DNA of 64,000 bases, taken from the NCBI GenBank assembly GCA_001662655.1, contig KV460223.1. One strand, 5' to 3'. Source of the stretch: Pseudogymnoascus verrucosus (taxonomy: Eukaryota). This document shows positions 1 to 10,961 of this stretch, one piece after another. The notes below the pieces were generated by a model. The model made no database searches. It had not been told where the DNA came from and saw nothing but the letters and a program-made list of their open reading frames with translations. Made by a program: the position numbers and the translations under genes. Numbering within the stretch: the stretch's first letter is position 1; each line of letters opens with the position of its first letter.

Positions 1-1623
1 AGCTTACTTCTTATATCTTTAAGCTTCTTAATTATCCTTATTTACTATAGAACAGCGTAGTTAAGAGATAGATAAGAAGAGCCCTATAACTTCTTAGTTA
101 GGCAGACAAAGATATAGAATAGCTTTAATAAGTTATGTAGTGTAGCCTAGTCTACTACTATTAAAGCAATATCTCTTATACTAATATTAAGTTGCTATAA
201 TGCGTATAAAGCTGTAATTAGAACCTAAAGCTTTAAAGCTATATTAATTATATAATAAGTTAAGCTCTATTAGACTAGCATATTAAGAGTTAACTAACAG
301 ACTTTAATACTTATAGCTTTACACTAATTCTTTAAGGCATCTTTCTATCTATAGCAGTTCTAAAATATATATATATAACGCTAGAGCTTAGCAAGAATAG
401 TAACGATATCATTTTTAGAAGTAAGTAGTATTTATACTACCCTAATCTTAAGCTAATATACCTCTAGGCCTTTATCTAGTGTTGCTTTTAAAGAGGCTAA
501 AGTAGCTTAAATAGTAATATTAATAATATGCCTAATATAGCGTACGTCTCCTACTTTTGCTATAAAAGCCTATAGTTGTTTTAGAGTAACAGGTTGTACT
601 AAAGCTAGCTTCTTATATTCTAATAGCATAGTTGTATTCGTAGAGGCGTTATCTCTTATAATAGTAAAGATTGTAGGCGTAATACTATAATCGTCCGTTA
701 CATTTATCAACTATTTAGCAAGGTATTCGCTAGAGTAGATTAGCTCTTATAGGTGTATAATGTTAAGTATAGTATTTCTCATTTGCTAATTATCATTAAT
801 CTAGTGTACTATAACTACTATATACTTAGAATAGTTCTAAGTAGACTAAGTATCTATCGTTATTACTAGTTGTCTACTGCTTATAATATGCTGTTGTAAT
901 TCTACTTAAAGCTATGCTTTATAATAGCAGAATAGTCGATATAGATCCTGTCTAATTATAGTTCTACTAACTATTAAGACTATAGGATTTAGATAGTAAA
1001 CTAATTACTAGAAGGATTAGCTTTTAATAAGGCGTAATAGTAGGTTATTTGATACTATAAAAGAGAGAACAAGCTCTTTATATTTCATCGAACTTAGTGC
1101 ATTACTAAGTGCTTAGCGGGGCTAGAAGAAAGCAGAAGTAGAAGTAGAGGGTGTTGATGAGCTTTGAATTGAAGATATTGTATTATATTCTACATGCACT
1201 AATGGGTGCTGCTTCTAAAGATGCTTCTATAGATTGCTCGTTGTTAGGTTCTTTAGGGGCTAGCTCGGCGTATATCTACAATTAGTTTAAAGGCATTAGT
1301 ATTAGATTCTAGCAGGTACTATATCTAATAAAGTACAGTAGAATAGTCTTTTAGAAAAGAGTATTGATGTAGAATTAGGTAATTGAACTCTTAGAGGCAT
1401 ATGTAGCATCGAAATAAGGGGCATTAGAATAAGGGGCAGCAGCTCTAAAGCATCAGACTGATACTCAGCCGGCACTAGCGACAGCGAAGAGTCACTCATT
1501 ATAGGAAGTAATATAGAACGCTCAAGTAGAAGCTTCAATTATCTATTCTACAATCTATATTACCCCTCTTTGCCAAGGGCTTGGCAGTACTCGAGTATTC
1601 AGAGTAGTACTCGGGCAACACTG
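1..1623 (-). mobile_element. RIP-degraded hAT-family DNA transposon, one end only (the rest lies outside the window)
   Basis: Very AT/TpA-rich with many stops. It ends in ...TACTCGGGCAACACTG (1623), whose reverse complement CAGTGTTGCCC resembles the TIR of the hAT at 23568. The minus-strand remnant translation resembles that element's N-terminus. Confidence 0.75.
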
Positions 1624-1839
1624 GTTACCTCTACTAATTAATACCCATCTATATAATCAAAAACACCAAATCAAAATAAGTGGTGATAACGTAAAATAGG
1701 CATCCTCAGTCCGTACTTTCCAAAACATTCCTAGCCTGCCGTGGAATTCGACCACTCCTCCTTCAGGGAAAGCCCCAAAAAGGCAGATATCAAACACACG
1801 ATCTGCCTTCTAGCTGGCCATAACCAAGTGGATCACAGA

Positions 1840-4059
1840 TCATGCTTGGTTGTTGCCTTGCGCCGCAAGCTTTTGCTCTTCAAAGATGGATAACGGGATT
1901 GGACCACCACTCTCGACTTCCTCACTTGCCACCGCGACTACGCCGCTTGCTATGGCGGGTGCGTGGTGAGCTTTCATCCAGTAGGGCGCGTCATGGGGTA
2001 TTGTGAAGCTGCGTGAGTATGCCGGTGGCGCCTCAACAGGAAGGGTCTCTTTTACCAGATTTCTAGGTTGCGTTTTGGCTGGGGTTGGGATCTTTGAGGC
2101 TGCTGGGACCTTTAGAGGTTGCCCATGTGAGGGCGTAGGAACTGAAGCTGGCTTTGGCTGCTGCGAGGGCTGGGTAGCCTTGTAGGAGTGTACAACCACT
2201 GGGGTTGGCTTTGGCTTTGGGGTTTGAGTAGACTGGTTGAGGTGTACGGCTTTTGGAGTTGGCGTTGGCTTTGAGGGTTGAGTTGGCTGGTCCGACTGCT
2301 CAGACTTTGAAGTTGGCTTCATCTTTGGGTCTTGGTCCATCTCCGCTTCGGCCATCCCCTTCCTGAACGTGGCCTGCAGTTTCAAAAATTCTGAACCTGG
2401 AAGCTCCGCAGGATCCTTGGCTGCTTCACAGGAACGCTTTTCAATAATATCGTCTGCGATCCCCTTCCTTTTGTCAAGACGCATCCTCATTGCGTTTGCC
2501 TGTGCTTCTGTAAGTGCGGCAAGCCCCTCTGGTGCCCATCTACCACCGACTTGATTTTTTAGAGGATCACCTGGTAGTAGAGCAATGTGCTTCTTGTCTC
2601 CCTTTACCAACATATGTTTAGCCGCAAGAAGTTCCTCACGAAGATCCGAAATTTCTTGCTTCATCGCATCAACTGTAGCTTTACACTGGCTCTTCTCCAG
2701 TGAGCCGTTGTCTCCCATTAAGTCGAGCCTTTTTTGGAGCGTCGCTATCTCTTCCCTTAATACAGCCTCGTTTTGGGAATGGCTGTCGCAAACCGACTTG
2801 TGGTCGTTGACGAAAAGCTCCATAGCGTGATGGTGTTGTACACCAAGTTCACGATTCTCTTGGAGTAATTTCTCATGTGCTCGATGATAGTTTGTAGCGG
2901 TATCCACCACCACTGCGTAAGATTGTTGCGCTGTAACCAAATGGGCTTGAAGATTCCCAATCATATTTTCCATTTGACGAATTCGCTCGTCCCGGTTCAC
3001 TAGAGCAGTTTGAGCATCTCGACCCCATGTTTCAAAGTTCTTCTTGTTGGTTTCCTCCATGTCCAAACGACTCTTCCTCTCCAATTCTAGCTTGGCCTCG
3101 ATGTCTCGGAATTTTTGTTGTTCGTCCGAAAGCTCAGTGCTCAAACTTTGGAGCTTTTGCTGAAGGTTGCGAGATTCTTCGGTGCCTTTGTTGAGGCGGG
3201 CCGTTTTCCTTGCCACTTGATTTTCCAAAGTTTTGATTTGATTCTTGTAGAACTCTTTTTGTGCATTGGCGTCCCGTTTTAGGTCGTCGATTGTGCCCTG
3301 CCTCTGCTTATGGGTATAGACTGACCCATCTGGAGCCTTGACTTGCTTAAGTACCTCAATATACCCTGATACTCTGGCGTTAAGTTCATTGATTTCATCA
3401 TTCTGATCCTTGATTTGCGCGCAGGCTCTGCGATATTGCACTTTCAGATGGTCATTCTCGCGAAGAAGTTCTTTCCTAATATTCAGAGCCTCTGCGCGCT
3501 CAGTATCGAACTGGTCCTGTTGAGCTTGCATGGATTCAGCGTGCTTGAAATATGAGTCGTTGAGTTGTTCTTTGAAAGCCTTGTCGTTGTCTGATATTTC
3601 CTTTTCAGCCGTCCTTGCCCTTGCCTCCATAGCCTCACAGATACTCGTCATATTCTGTATTTGGAGCTCATGTATCTTCAAGTTGGCATCAGGCCCATCC
3701 TCAAAAGTCCAGCTTCCCCCATCAGATTCATTATCGCTGTTGAAGCTATTGACGCTTTCGGGGTTATCCTCAGCGGATTGTGAAACCTCCAGCAGCCAAC
3801 CGCGCCTCTGCCATTCTGGAGTAACCACTAAGATAGGGTCGTCGTGCATATTTCCGTCTGCGCTTGGATTGATAACACCTGTTGTCTCAATATCACAGCC
3901 ATGGGTCTTCACAGGAGGCTTGCCGTTGTCACTATCAACATCTTTCTTCAGGCTGTGTATTGAACATTCATCCGAGTTGTTGTATTGGTCTCCTACTTCG
4001 GGAGGCCTGAACTCAGGCGATTCTTGGAAGCAGTTTTCGTTGACCGCCTCGCAGCCCAT
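1840..4059 (-). CDS. Hypothetical coiled-coil protein (~739 aa) with a Pro/Gln/Thr-rich C-terminal region
   Basis: Long uninterrupted ORF; first ATG at 4059 (the ORF track starts at a TTG, 4095). Long E/K/Q/L heptad-like centre and repeated QSTQTPKPKPTP-like units. No catalytic motif recognised. Confidence 0.65.
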   Translation of the reverse strand: MGCEAVNENCFQESPEFRPPEVGDQYNNSDECSIHSLKKDVDSDNGKPPVKTHGCDIETTGVINPSADGNMHDDPILVVTPEWQRRGWLLEVSQSAEDNPESVNSFNSDNESDGGSWTFEDGPDANLKIHELQIQNMTSICEAMEARARTAEKEISDNDKAFKEQLNDSYFKHAESMQAQQDQFDTERAEALNIRKELLRENDHLKVQYRRACAQIKDQNDEINELNARVSGYIEVLKQVKAPDGSVYTHKQRQGTIDDLKRDANAQKEFYKNQIKTLENQVARKTARLNKGTEESRNLQQKLQSLSTELSDEQQKFRDIEAKLELERKSRLDMEETNKKNFETWGRDAQTALVNRDERIRQMENMIGNLQAHLVTAQQSYAVVVDTATNYHRAHEKLLQENRELGVQHHHAMELFVNDHKSVCDSHSQNEAVLREEIATLQKRLDLMGDNGSLEKSQCKATVDAMKQEISDLREELLAAKHMLVKGDKKHIALLPGDPLKNQVGGRWAPEGLAALTEAQANAMRMRLDKRKGIADDIIEKRSCEAAKDPAELPGSEFLKLQATFRKGMAEAEMDQDPKMKPTSKSEQSDQPTQPSKPTPTPKAVHLNQSTQTPKPKPTPVVVHSYKATQPSQQPKPASVPTPSHGQPLKVPAASKIPTPAKTQPRNLVKETLPVEAPPAYSRSFTIPHDAPYWMKAHHAPAIASGVVAVASEEVESGGPIPLSIFEEQKLAAQGNNQA

Positions 4060-5567
4060 CTTTACTGTTGCAGAACTGGCGTGATTCACCCCCAAAAATG
4101 TAACAAGGGCCTATCCAAGCCAAGGGCTGCTATTGCTAGCCTCCCTCTTGGTTATTTCTTGCTGGTAATTATAGTTTGTGACCTTTATTGGTAAAGAGAA
4201 GCAGTTGGGTATAAGAAGTGATATTTGTGTAAATACAGGGAAATATGAGCGGGGGAAAGAAAGACTCGGACCATATATAAGAACACAGCAGAATCACGCC
4301 GTTATAGCTTTGGAAGCTTACTATCAGTCCCATGGAATCGAAATCAAACTGGCGCCTGATACATCTCAAGATATGTGAATTTAGTGCCTGTCCTGGCCTA
4401 ACGGGACTGTCTTATGTTTGAACCATGAACCCCACACGTCCTCTGAAAAACCATGCACTGACGTTCCACACACTGCCTGTTATTCTCCATGGGTATCTCA
4501 GTGTCTATCCTGGCATTTTGGGGTTTGTGCCTTCCAGTGACTTCGACCCAGTTGTAATCCCAAAATGGCAAAACATGCCATTTTTAGCCAGATGTCTTAA
4601 ACAGCGGCATCTGACACGTCTAGCGGCGGGTAACCCTTGATAGTGTGTCAGTGAAAACTCGGGAATCCAATTACTAAATTAATATTCGTCAAACGGATTT
4701 GTGGCGTGATGGTTACCACCCAAGCCATGTTGTCATCGCTGTCATCGAACGTATGGTGATGTTATCATCCACCAATAAAGAGGCAGCACCAGACTGGAAT
4801 CAGTTGTAATGATATACACAATTTCCCCATCACAATATAGTAAGCTCTGAACCCAACCGTCAACTCACTTTGGTAATGGGATAATGTCTTGCTCTCAGTA
4901 CATAGACTAGTTAACACCACCATGAGACCTACATGAGATATCTCTTCGGACGTCAGAAGAAGTATACGGTTCTGTCAAAGTATGAAGTATATACTATCTA
5001 GTCACCCTACAGATGGCGCGAGTGCACCTGCGTCTGGGCTGATATCAGCAACACCGTTAGATACTAACTAGATATAATATCAATTCATTGGAACGTCTAA
5101 TTTAGGTTCTAGGATAGCATTGATGTGGATAAATAGCATGCCATCTTGTAGTGAGTTGGTGGGTAGATCTCGCTCGACTACGCTGGCTGTGTTGGTTCGT
5201 AGATCATGGCTAGACTCTACAACTACTGTACGAGTTCACTTAATAGCAAGTCTTCGTGGCGTAGGACCAATTTATTCGAATTGTTAAATCTACAGCCTCG
5301 AATATTAAATTCCAACAAAAACAATTTCTGTGGTATCCAGGTATCGACACCCCAAAATGACCCCGCGCTTCGTTTACCCATATGGATACCACCACAATGC
5401 AGCCGGTAAAACTCCATCCTCTCCCATACAGGAAAGACCGTAAGCCACATCCGACCATCACCTCTGAGCCCTTTTCATATATCCGTAACTCCTGTTAAAC
5501 TCCAACATTGAACTATGCGTCCATATCCCGTCCCTTCATTACGTATTCACATCCATCATTGCCGTCA

Positions 5568-8500
5568 TCATGTTTTTAATGCAGGCGGCCCCGAAGCGTT
5601 TAGCCTCTTGAATTCATTCCCTCCAGCCAGATCCTCCTCGTCTAGTGGCCGTTTACCGTTTTCATTTGTGTTTGTTGTTGGGTTACTGCTCCCTGGTTGC
5701 TGTGTGGTGATCTCCGACGACTGATGCGCAACCGCAATCGGTTGCGGCTGAGCAGTAGCCCCGAGAGATTCGGTATTGACCGCCGATTGGTGCAGCAGTT
5801 TTTGGTGGCTTTCGTTAGATTCTGTGCCAGGCACATTCTGAACTTGATGTGGTGGCAAGTCACCTGAAGCTGAAGTGGTGCTTGCAGCTGGAGGAGGAGC
5901 CGGTGATGCGCTGGTGGTGGCCCGGAAGGAGGGGTTAGCGGAGCTACTGGAATTGGCTCGAGTCATCCCCGGAGTCATCATAGGCGGACGAGGAACAGAA
6001 GGGCCGTTTGGTCGATTGTGGGATTGGCCAATAAATGTAGGTCTTTGAACAGCGGGACCTGGCGTTGGGGCTTTCTTGGCGACAGAGACGTCGGAGGCTG
6101 CGTGAGCTGCGTTTCCTGTAGGCGCAGGGGTGAGTTGGGCCAAAGCCTGTCTTGGCGCAGCATCGGTCTGTTGCGTGCTTTGTTGCATTGTGTGTGTCCC
6201 TAATTGGGCAGGAGGTTGCTGAAAAGTGCCATTGTTAAACTCGGGGAACCTTTTAAGCATCGATTTCAGGGCAGCCATAATTTGATCCTCTAACTTCAAA
6301 TCAGATTCTACTACCGTAGCTGTGCTCTGAGAAGTAACCCCCATGACACGGTTGATGGATGACGCAACTAAAGCTTCGGCCTTGTTATTCTTTGGCTTCA
6401 TAGTAGCGACCAGATTTGTCCGAAAGCTATCAATGGCTCGCCACATTGCATTATCCGGTTGTGGGGGCCCTTGCTCAATTGGTCGGGGCTGTTGTGGAGT
6501 TTGGTAAGGCACACTTTGAGGCGCTTGGCTAGGATTGTGAGATGTATTTTGTGGCGCTTGTTGAGTTGGATTAGCCGGTGGCTTCGGAGCGTATGGCGAA
6601 CTGTAAGTATTGCTCGTAGCACCCATGGGCTGAGCAGTCGGTAATGCGGAAGGGAATCCTGGAGGTGGTGCGCCGCCATTCATGGAGTGCTGTCCTGGTG
6701 GAAGCGGGTATCCATTCATGGGCTGCCCAGCGTATTGTGGAGGTTGTCCTGGCCGTAAATGAGGTGGCATGTGGTTCATGGCATAGCCAGGAGGCGGCAT
6801 CATACCAGGAGGCCCATGCATCATGTGAGGATGTGGTCCAGCACGGTATATCGGTTGATGTAAATGTGGGGGCAACTGATGAGGAGGAGTCGGCCGTCTC
6901 TTTTTCTCCTTCTCGATGGAAACTCCGTCTACGATAGCCCACATCCAACCCTTCCCGTCTCTCTCGACCTTCCTAAAAGCGTGATGTTGAGAAAGATTGT
7001 GCCTGACACTACTTTGCCAGCCATTTGTGTTACACTTAAGCACGAAGAAAGGATATCTACGCTGTATTGCGCGATATATCTGTGGCAATGACATTTGACC
7101 TGTTGGCGAGTTGCTGAGAGCTTCATGAATAAGGGTGACGTAGTTTGCTTGAGGCTTCGCCAGCTGCTCTGGAGTAAGATCTGCTTCGTTGAAAGTAGGT
7201 GACGGGGAGCGAGGTGGTTTTGTGGACTTCTTTTCCTTCTTTTCTTTGGACGGCCTATCTTCTTCCCCGGAGCCTTCCTGCTTGGCTACGAGAGCATCCG
7301 GGTCCTTAGGCTTCCGCTTGGTGTACTTCCTTTTTTCGGTCTTGACCGGAGATTCATCTACTGGATTCTTCCTAGGTCTACCAACCTTGTTCTTTCCAGA
7401 CGTATCCGGCTGTGAAACTGTCTTTTGCGCAGCCCTCTGCTGTGCCTCCTTCTTGGCTAGCTGCTGCTCTCGTTTCGACATGATGCCATTTTTCGGTGGA
7501 CGCCCGGGGCCTCTCTTCTTTTGTGGCATGGGCATCGACTCTGGAGCTTCTCTGGATTGCTCATCTTGGTCATCATTTCCATCCTCCGCCTCATCCGGTA
7601 CCTCTGACAGTTCGCTGTTGTCTTCATCGATATCGCTCCCTTCTTGTTGCTCTCCAAGTTCATCTCCGTCTCCTTCTTCGTCGTCCTCACCTTCAATCCC
7701 CAATTCGGGCCGATCTGCATCGTCCGATACTTCGTCACTGCTATCTCCAAGTAAAGCGCCTTCACGAGTGGCATCGTCGAAATCGAAGCTCATTTCCTTT
7801 CCTCCTTCGACATACCGATCTTGTACACCAGATTCCCCGTGCTCAGCTGGGATTTCAGCGCCTGTTTCCCCAAGTGCAACGTCAGGCAGCACAAAGCGCA
7901 CAACGACCCCGCCAATCTGAAGATAGCTGCCACTCTTCAAAGGAATAACATCCTCATGATAGTAGAAAACTTCGTCCACAAACGCGCCATTCCGCCCGAT
8001 GATTTCGGCTTCAAAGAGAGATTTCTTTGAGTTGTAGGCAATCTTTACATGCCGCCGGGAGATGGCCTTGTAGCCGCTTGCAGGAGTGGTGGCGGGTGGA
8101 TGGATTCCCACTAAAGGGCAATCGTGTGGAGAAGGGCGCAAGGATGCCGGGTCGACAGGTACTGCTCCGGCGGTTTCGGGGGCGTGCCGACGAGCTTGGG
8201 GCTGGGCCTGATACTCAATTTTGCCGCTTGGTTGAACCGACGACTGCCTCCTAGACACTCGGATTGACGAAGATCCGGTAGATTTGGACTTCTTGCTGGC
8301 TTTGCGGTGCATGCGACGTCTCGAACGTTCGTCGCTGTCGGAATCATCGCCATCTCTGAGAATACCACCACTTTCACTAATAACGGACTTTGTATATTTG
8401 CTCTCCTCCCTTTTGATACGAACCGGGGTTTTTGGCTCCCCCACAATGCTGTGCTCGTCCATATTCGCTTTTGCCTCCTCCGCATCTCGCCTCATGGCAT

Positions 8501-9140
8501 TTCGGGCTGCTTGGCGATCTCGCCCCAGTATTACCGAGTAAGTGTTCATGTAGAATTGCCCGTCCTCAAACTCGAGAAGAGCATATGCCGAGATTCGAGT
8601 CTCATCATTATCACGGGTAGGCTGCGACATCTCGGCGTAAGGTCCGTTGAGGTCGTTTGTGTTATCCATCGAGATGTCGTTCCCAGCGAGAGTCGCCATT
8701 GCAGACGCGTTCAGAGCTTCAGCCAGTCCGGGCGGGGCCTGATATTGAAGCATATGTGACAAAGCACGTAGTTGTTCGTAGTCGCCCAGGGGAACGCGGG
8801 GATATTCCGTGTCATCGTCGTTGTTCTCTGGTGTCCGAGGGATTGCCGGCTCCATGATAAGGTCGCTTTTTATTTGGATTGGTTGGGTTTGGGCCGCGGC
8901 GCTTTCCACATTTGGCTCAACATTATCATTGTCTGCACTGATCTGGAGCTGCTCAATTGAAGTGACTTGTTCTGCGTATTCCGGGTTCGCATCTTCTCGC
9001 GCCGTGGTTGCTGGGATGTCATTCGCCCCCGGAACGGCGTTATCTGCAGCGGTGAGTTCGATGTTGGTTGGGCTACCATCAAAAGCAGTTGTGACCATAG
9101 TGGCAACGGCCTCATCTGAGGCAGCATGCGGTGAAGTCAT
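5568..9140 (-). CDS. FHL1: FHA + forkhead transcription factor, Fhl1-like (1190 aa)
   Basis: FHA elements (ISAYALLEF..VILGR; ISRRH..IGRNGAFVD), forkhead domain (KPQANYVTLIHEAL..GWQSSVRHNLS..GKGWMW) and two AT-hook-like GRP motifs. Confidence 0.85.
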   Translation of the reverse strand: MTSPHAASDEAVATMVTTAFDGSPTNIELTAADNAVPGANDIPATTAREDANPEYAEQVTSIEQLQISADNDNVEPNVESAAAQTQPIQIKSDLIMEPAIPRTPENNDDDTEYPRVPLGDYEQLRALSHMLQYQAPPGLAEALNASAMATLAGNDISMDNTNDLNGPYAEMSQPTRDNDETRISAYALLEFEDGQFYMNTYSVILGRDRQAARNAMRRDAEEAKANMDEHSIVGEPKTPVRIKREESKYTKSVISESGGILRDGDDSDSDERSRRRMHRKASKKSKSTGSSSIRVSRRQSSVQPSGKIEYQAQPQARRHAPETAGAVPVDPASLRPSPHDCPLVGIHPPATTPASGYKAISRRHVKIAYNSKKSLFEAEIIGRNGAFVDEVFYYHEDVIPLKSGSYLQIGGVVVRFVLPDVALGETGAEIPAEHGESGVQDRYVEGGKEMSFDFDDATREGALLGDSSDEVSDDADRPELGIEGEDDEEGDGDELGEQQEGSDIDEDNSELSEVPDEAEDGNDDQDEQSREAPESMPMPQKKRGPGRPPKNGIMSKREQQLAKKEAQQRAAQKTVSQPDTSGKNKVGRPRKNPVDESPVKTEKRKYTKRKPKDPDALVAKQEGSGEEDRPSKEKKEKKSTKPPRSPSPTFNEADLTPEQLAKPQANYVTLIHEALSNSPTGQMSLPQIYRAIQRRYPFFVLKCNTNGWQSSVRHNLSQHHAFRKVERDGKGWMWAIVDGVSIEKEKKRRPTPPHQLPPHLHQPIYRAGPHPHMMHGPPGMMPPPGYAMNHMPPHLRPGQPPQYAGQPMNGYPLPPGQHSMNGGAPPPGFPSALPTAQPMGATSNTYSSPYAPKPPANPTQQAPQNTSHNPSQAPQSVPYQTPQQPRPIEQGPPQPDNAMWRAIDSFRTNLVATMKPKNNKAEALVASSINRVMGVTSQSTATVVESDLKLEDQIMAALKSMLKRFPEFNNGTFQQPPAQLGTHTMQQSTQQTDAAPRQALAQLTPAPTGNAAHAASDVSVAKKAPTPGPAVQRPTFIGQSHNRPNGPSVPRPPMMTPGMTRANSSSSANPSFRATTSASPAPPPAASTTSASGDLPPHQVQNVPGTESNESHQKLLHQSAVNTESLGATAQPQPIAVAHQSSEITTQQPGSSNPTTNTNENGKRPLDEEDLAGGNEFKRLNASGPPALKT

Positions 9141-10961
9141 CGCTGTCGCTCGATGGTAGTGACAGCTCTTTCACCGGCAGTGAATCCGTCCGATAGGTGT
9201 CAGGGTACGCTCAGTCGCGAGAAGGCAAACGGCGGGTTCTGATTGCGACAATCGTACTTTCTGCGCATCCATGTTAGCGCCACTGTCACGTGATATTATG
9301 GAGGAGGGGTCAAATGTAAAGTTTGACACCCCCTCCACGTTTGACCCATGAACGACATACGAACAATGATGGAAGCAACAAAAAGACTAGGGATTCCTAT
9401 CTCTACATTTCCACGGGAATGAAATTGCTTTATGGAAACCAGCAATGTTAGTTTATAGTATATCCCGGAGTTTATTTTTAAAGTTTAGAGTTATCCTCCG
9501 GATGGCTTGCCTCGGGGAACTTAAAAATGGGCTCACGCGTTCTGGCCTATGACTGACTTCCTTTGAGAAGCACGGATTGTAATTGCTCATGTTCTGATCT
9601 GGAGCGTTACTAGCCTGACCAACGGTCGCGTCTACCAAGCGCAAGTTTAGACTCAATTTCTTCTATGTGGTCTCACTTCCCTTCCATTCCGAGCTAGTAC
9701 TTCATTGTCGTCCTAAATCCAGCGGCGGCTTTCGCTGACGTCACATTATCCCTAAATCTTGATATCAACTCTTGATATCAACGGTCATTGTGCTTTCAAT
9801 GGGTCCAAATACACCAGTTACTATATTTCAAAATACTTTTATCTCACCAATCTGGTGCTATTTTGCCAGCAAGTAGCTGACGTGGCCGGCATGTCGATTC
9901 CTTTTGTCCCCATCGCCTTTACAAATGACAATCCTTGTCACATCAAAATTGTTGGACCATGCCTTGCAATCCCAGTGGTTGTTATACTAGCTGTATGATT
10001 GTCACTTCTCAAGCTTTCATTGTCTCTATCTGACTCTTTTAAGGTGGTATGTTGGCCGGCATCGCTCTTCTGTGGATGTTGTGCTACCGAGAGGGGAACG
10101 CGGTATGTTAACACAATGTTCTACTCTAAAAATACTTGAGCTGATTAGCTTCAAAAATGAAGCACTGCGATGCTGCCTAATAAAACATACGGTGATATCG
10201 TAAATGCAATACCTATATAATGGGACATTCTATCCATAGTGGCTTCCAGTCCAGACTAGATATCTTCCAGCATCATTTATTTCAGCCCGATTGATGGTTT
10301 TGTATTAGGAACGATTAGTTGATCAGTACCATATATATACTCCATATATATACTGGCAGGAGACCTTTGTATAAACTCAGAGTTGAGTATCGCAAGCATT
10401 ACCATTAAATTGTGATATTGGAACTGCTGTGGGAAATAAATTTATAAAATATCAAGATTGCAACTGCTTCATTATATCTGCCTGGAATACCTATATTGAA
10501 GTAGCAAAAGAGGGAAGCAAAGACGGCCTGGTTTTATTTTCAAGCAGAGATGATTTGGAGCTAGGCTGTTCATACCTCTTCTAAGCATCTATTTGTTTAC
10601 AACTCCTTTCGAAATTACCTGACACGTCTAATCGTTCGCTTTATTTATTCCTTACTTCTCAAACTAACTTTTCACTTCCATTACTTTCATTTCCTGCCGC
10701 CTTTGAACCGTTCAGTTCGTGCATCCGAATGCCGAACGAAATAACTTCCACAGGCCTCGTTGATAGCCACCTTCAAGCCTGCAGTTTTTGCTTCCAAAAG
10801 CCTCGATACATTCACGTCTACCACACCCATTAAATTGTTTATTCCAATATTACAATTTCTGCATTGAAAAGCTGTACACATCAACTTCTATTACGCACAT
10901 TGCCTATCACCATCCAATCTTACAATTCTTGTATCCGAAACTCCATTGTCCACAACTCACA

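Noticed and set aside
1302..1538. 78-aa ORF as an independent gene
   Set aside because: It is a surviving stretch of the RIP-mutated hAT transposase N-terminus.
9300..9336. Imperfect inverted repeat and CACGTG box upstream of FHL1
   Set aside because: Short and imperfect; not distinguishable from chance without conservation data.
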